DNA of 64,000 bases, taken from NCBI GenBank assembly GCA_977017645.1, contig OZ360238.1, forward strand, positions 65,410,001 to 65,474,000. Reading direction: 5' to 3'. The stretch comes from Torpedo marmorata (Eukaryota). The notes under the pieces are model-generated. The model was not told the DNA's origin and did not search any database. It saw only the letters and a list, made by a program, of their open reading frames with translations. This document shows positions 60,000-64,000 of this stretch, one piece after another. Positions within the stretch are counted from its first letter, which is position 1, and every line of letters begins with the position of its first letter. The position numbers and the translations under genes are program-made.

Positions 60000-62900
60000 T
60001 ATATTCTCTGGAATTGGAAGAATGACGGGTAGATTAATTGAAATGAGTAAAATTCTCGCAAGGCTTTACAGAATTGATGATGTTCTCTCAATGCAGAATT
60101 AAAGGTCATAATCTCAAGATAAGAAATTGGCCTAAAATGAAGAAACATTTCTTCACTCCAAGGATTTTTGGAGTTTCCTATTCCAGAGGTTGTGGATGCT
60201 TGTGTAATGAGCACATTCAATACTCAAATTAATGTTTTGAGCAGCAAAGGAATCAAGGCTTCTGTGAAAAGGGTGGGAAGGTGGAACTGAAGTTGAGCTT
60301 TAACTAAGATCTTGTTCAGTGGAGGAGCATGCTTGATGGACTACAGGTATGTTTATTATATTATAGTTAATCATTACAATTTTGATTATATTAGCGTACA
60401 ATGCTTGCAGATCTTTTTTATCTATTTGTTAAGTTTACTGGTTTAGAATTACAAAATCTGACTGTAATTTTATTTTAATAAATAGTGGATACGTTTTTCA
60501 GAATATATTCATAGTACAGGGGGTTATGTAAGCATACTGTTCCTGAGAGTTGTTTATAAACTGAATTTTGCCTGTTGGAAAACAACTTTCTCCCAAAATC
60601 GTAATATGAAACTATTACCCTTGATAGCGCTTGCGGACTGATTCGCAAACAGCAGACTGGGAAATGTCATCGTAGATGATAGGAGTTGTTATCAGCAAGC
60701 AGTGTGACAAATCTTTGCCTGAATGCAGCTCAGATGGAGTGAAGGGGGAATTGAACTGCTAATCAACAAGAAAACCAGCAACAGTTTAATAAAAGAAAGT
60801 GTATGCTAATGAGAGGTGGCTTGGAGAGGGTAACATTTGATCTCACCTGAAGGAGAGTTTGGAGAATGCATTGGCCTTTTCTAGGAGTAAACTCTGCATT
60901 GTTTTCTGGTGAAGAGATTTGAGTACTAAATACCTGAGAGTAGAGACATCCGTAACCTGGGGACCCCCTCTGCATGCCTGTAGGGATGTAAACATAGGCA
61001 AATAAATTGTAAGATTTGGGAATATTCAGTTAAGATTCTGTGGATTGGAAAATAACAATGTAACTCTATTCAAGAAAGGAACAAAATAGACAACAGGAAC
61101 TACAAGGAGGCATTTGATAGATGCTGCATCAAAGATTATTGCAGAAAATAAAAGTTCATGATGTCAGATTAGTTTGGTGATGTCATGTTTGTGTGAATGG
61201 AAGATTGGTTGGCAAATAGGAAATAGAGAGTAGGCGTTAATTAGAACATAAAACAGTGCAGCACAGAACAGGCCCTTTGGACCACAATGTTGTTCCGACT
61301 AATATAACACAGTCAGTCTAACCCTTCCCTCCCTCACACTCCATAATCCCTTATTTTTCTTGCATCTGGTCTTTTACTAGCTGGCAGGATGTAATAAGTG
61401 GTATGCCACAGGGATCAGTACTGAGGCTGAATTTTTTGCAATTCATATAAATGAAGGCAGACACCAAAAAAATATATCAGGAAGAGATAAGGAGGGCACC
61501 AAGATATGTATAAAGGCTATGTGAGTTGGGAAGAATCTGTTAAATTTAATATGATCGAGGAAACTATGAGATTGTCCATTTTGGCAGGAAAAGTGAAAAA
61601 GAAGCATACGATCGATATAGTGAGAGATTACATGGCTCTGGACTTGGTGTCCTGGAGTCTGATTTGCAAAAGGTCAGTATTCAGATGCTGCAAATAATTA
61701 GAAGAGTTATCATTAATTGATTAGGGAACTGAAAACAAAAGTAGGTACATTATGATTCAGTTTCATGGGAATTTAAGAAGAGAGAGACTTGGAGGTGCAT
61801 GTACACAAATCTTATAAAGTGACAGCAAGACGACTTAATTAAAAAAACATAAGTAGCAAAATCTTAGCTTTATTAATGGAGTCATTATGGTGCAGAATAA
61901 GGCCAGTTACCCCATCAAGTTCTATGAAGCATTCCAGTTAGTTGTATTCACCTGTCTGTGCCCTGATCAGTGCAACATCATTTCCTTCATTTTATCCATT
62001 TTCCAAACAAAATCATAATTTTTCCCCACTTCCTTGGAAGCAGCGGGTTTTATGTTGTTGGCATTTGCAGAGAAAATCACATCACCTCTGTATCTATCAG
62101 CCAAAATGTTAAGTTGGTGACCCTTTGGCCTTGTATCATCAGCTAATGAGAACAGCTTTTCTTTAGCTACTTTATCGAAATTTTGTCAAATTGTGTTGTC
62201 ATTCCTTTCTGCCAGAATTCATTACCTCACGTTTCTCTTTATTTACATTTGATCTTCCACTTACTCTGCCCATTCTACTTGCCCATTCTGTGCAATAGAT
62301 TGGTATCATGCTCACTGTTTAGCCCAAATTTAGTATCATCAGCAAATTCTGATTTTTTTTTTTCTCTCTGTGTTTTAAGATACAACTCAGCAGTACAAAA
62401 TCGAGTACAAAAGCAAACATGTTGTGCTGAAACTTTGTTTGAACAATGCCAAGGGTCCAAATTACAGGAATTTCTGGGCATCATAGGTTTGGCCTTAAAA
62501 TTTTTGTGAGAGGGCCAACCAAATATATTAGGGCAGCATGGTTAGTGTGGTGGTTAGCGCAACGCTGTTAAAGCGGCAGCGCTTGGGACCGGGGTTCGAA
62601 TCCCGCGTTGTCTGTAAGGAGTTTATACGTTCTCTACGTGTCTGCATGGGTTTTCCCCGGGGGCTCTGGTTTCCTCCCACCTGGGGTTGTAGGTCAATCG
62701 GGTGTAATTGGGCGGCATGGGCTCGTGGGCTGAAAGGGCCTGTTACCCTGCTGTATGTCTAAATTTAAATTTAAAATTAGCATTTTACCTGGGCCTAGAA
62801 CATTGGTGACACAACCTGGACTATTGTATACAGTTTTCACCTTCTTATCTAAGAAAGAAACCTATCATGGAGGGAATGCAGTGATAATATGCTGAATTGG

Positions 62901-63330
62901 TTGCAGAGATACCAGGAATGCGATATGAGCAGGGAGAGAGTAGACTGAAACTGTATAGTTCAGTGTTTAGAAAAGTTAGATGACATCTCGTAGTTTGCAA
63001 AATTGTCAAAGGGCTTGACAGGGTAAATGTAGCAAGGATGTTTTGACTGGCTGAGGAGTCTAACACCAAGGAACACAATTTCAGAATGGTAGGCTATTTA
63101 AGACTTTGGATAAAGTAAAAATACTTCACTCAGAGTTGGGTGAATCTTTGTAATTCTCTACCTTGGAGGGATCTGGAATTATGTTTGTTCAGGTGGAGGT
63201 GGATAGTTTTCAAGACATAAGGGAATCAAAGGATTTATGGATGGTGCTAAAATATTGCACTGTGGTAGAAGATGATCTTGAATGGCGGAGGGGGCTTGAA
63301 GAGCCAGATGACCTCCTGCTTCTCTTTCTT
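60000..63330 (+). mobile_element. Highly decayed CR1 fragments in ZNF423 intron 1
   Basis: gtggtatgccacagggatcagtactg (GVPQGSVL-like) and CR1 3' end motifs (ttcactcagagttgggtgaatc). Confidence 0.65.
62531..62776 (+). mobile_element. V-domain tRNA SINE
   Basis: GGGCAGCATGGTTAGTGTGGTGG...GGTTCGAATCC B-box, V core, aaattt tail. Confidence 0.9.
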
Positions 63331-64000
63331 GTGATCTGCTGTGGAGCGATGAGAAAAACTTGGGTTATTTGTTTTATACAGCACAGATATTAAGTGAAGA
63401 ATTAATGGAGGTATGCTCAGTACCCAGGTTTGGCAAATTGATAAGGCAAAACTTTTTTTATGGAACAATGGAGGACACTGATTTCAGATAATTGGCAAAA
63501 GAATCAGATGATATGTGGAAGAAATGTTGGGGAGCAAGCTTTTGTGATCTGGAATGTACTTTTTGCAAAACTGATGGGAAAAAAGAAATGAATATCTACC
63601 TACTCTAAAAAGTGATTATTACATGATGGGGAAACATGGACTATGCTCTGAGAGGAGAGTGGGATAGTGGATCAGTTGCAGAGCTTTTCCCACAGAGCTG
63701 GCAGAAATGGAAGCTAAGAGGACCCCTATTTGATATCAAATGTGTTCAATGACTTGTACAATGAGATGGAATACACCGTCTGTTTTATTGTAAGGCACTA
63801 CCACCGTGTAAAATGTAACATTCAAAATTTTGGCAACTATAAGAGGCAGTGGACCATCAGCAGCAGCAAGATTGTAGATCACCTGAGTCTGCAAATCTGT
63901 GGTCTATCATCGGCCATGCTGCCATTCTCCTCTTGCCTTAGGCAGTCCCTCGACACATGAATGATTGGTTTCTACTTCAGTTATGAGGGTTCCCATGTGG

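Overview
Eukaryotic, vertebrate DNA. The repeat content (V-domain tRNA SINEs, a Deu-domain SINE, CR1, Rex1, Neptune Penelope-like elements) points to a cartilaginous fish, probably a ray (inference). Three genes are readable. (1) CNEP1R1 (minus strand; coding exons 1-5, last exon off the left edge) with a U12-type GT-AG intron. (2) An apparently intact NCOA5-like paralogue (plus strand; 10 coding exons, 369 aa in my model, including a 15-nt microexon) that shares a ~200-bp bidirectional promoter with CNEP1R1. (3) The CpG-island promoter and first coding exon of ZNF423 (plus). The rest is dense in transposons. Most notable: two Neptune-type Penelope-like retroelements in CNEP1R1 introns, carrying minimal hammerhead-ribozyme motifs in the sense of the host pre-mRNA (one very young, with a perfect 14-bp TSD and an ~845-bp internal tandem duplication); non-autonomous hairpin derivatives of the same 3' end; a twin-primed (5'-inverted) L1; and a DNA MITE sharing a module with a non-autonomous retroelement. 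Most short ORFs in the supplied track are spurious or repeat-derived. All calls were made by eye, without searches.
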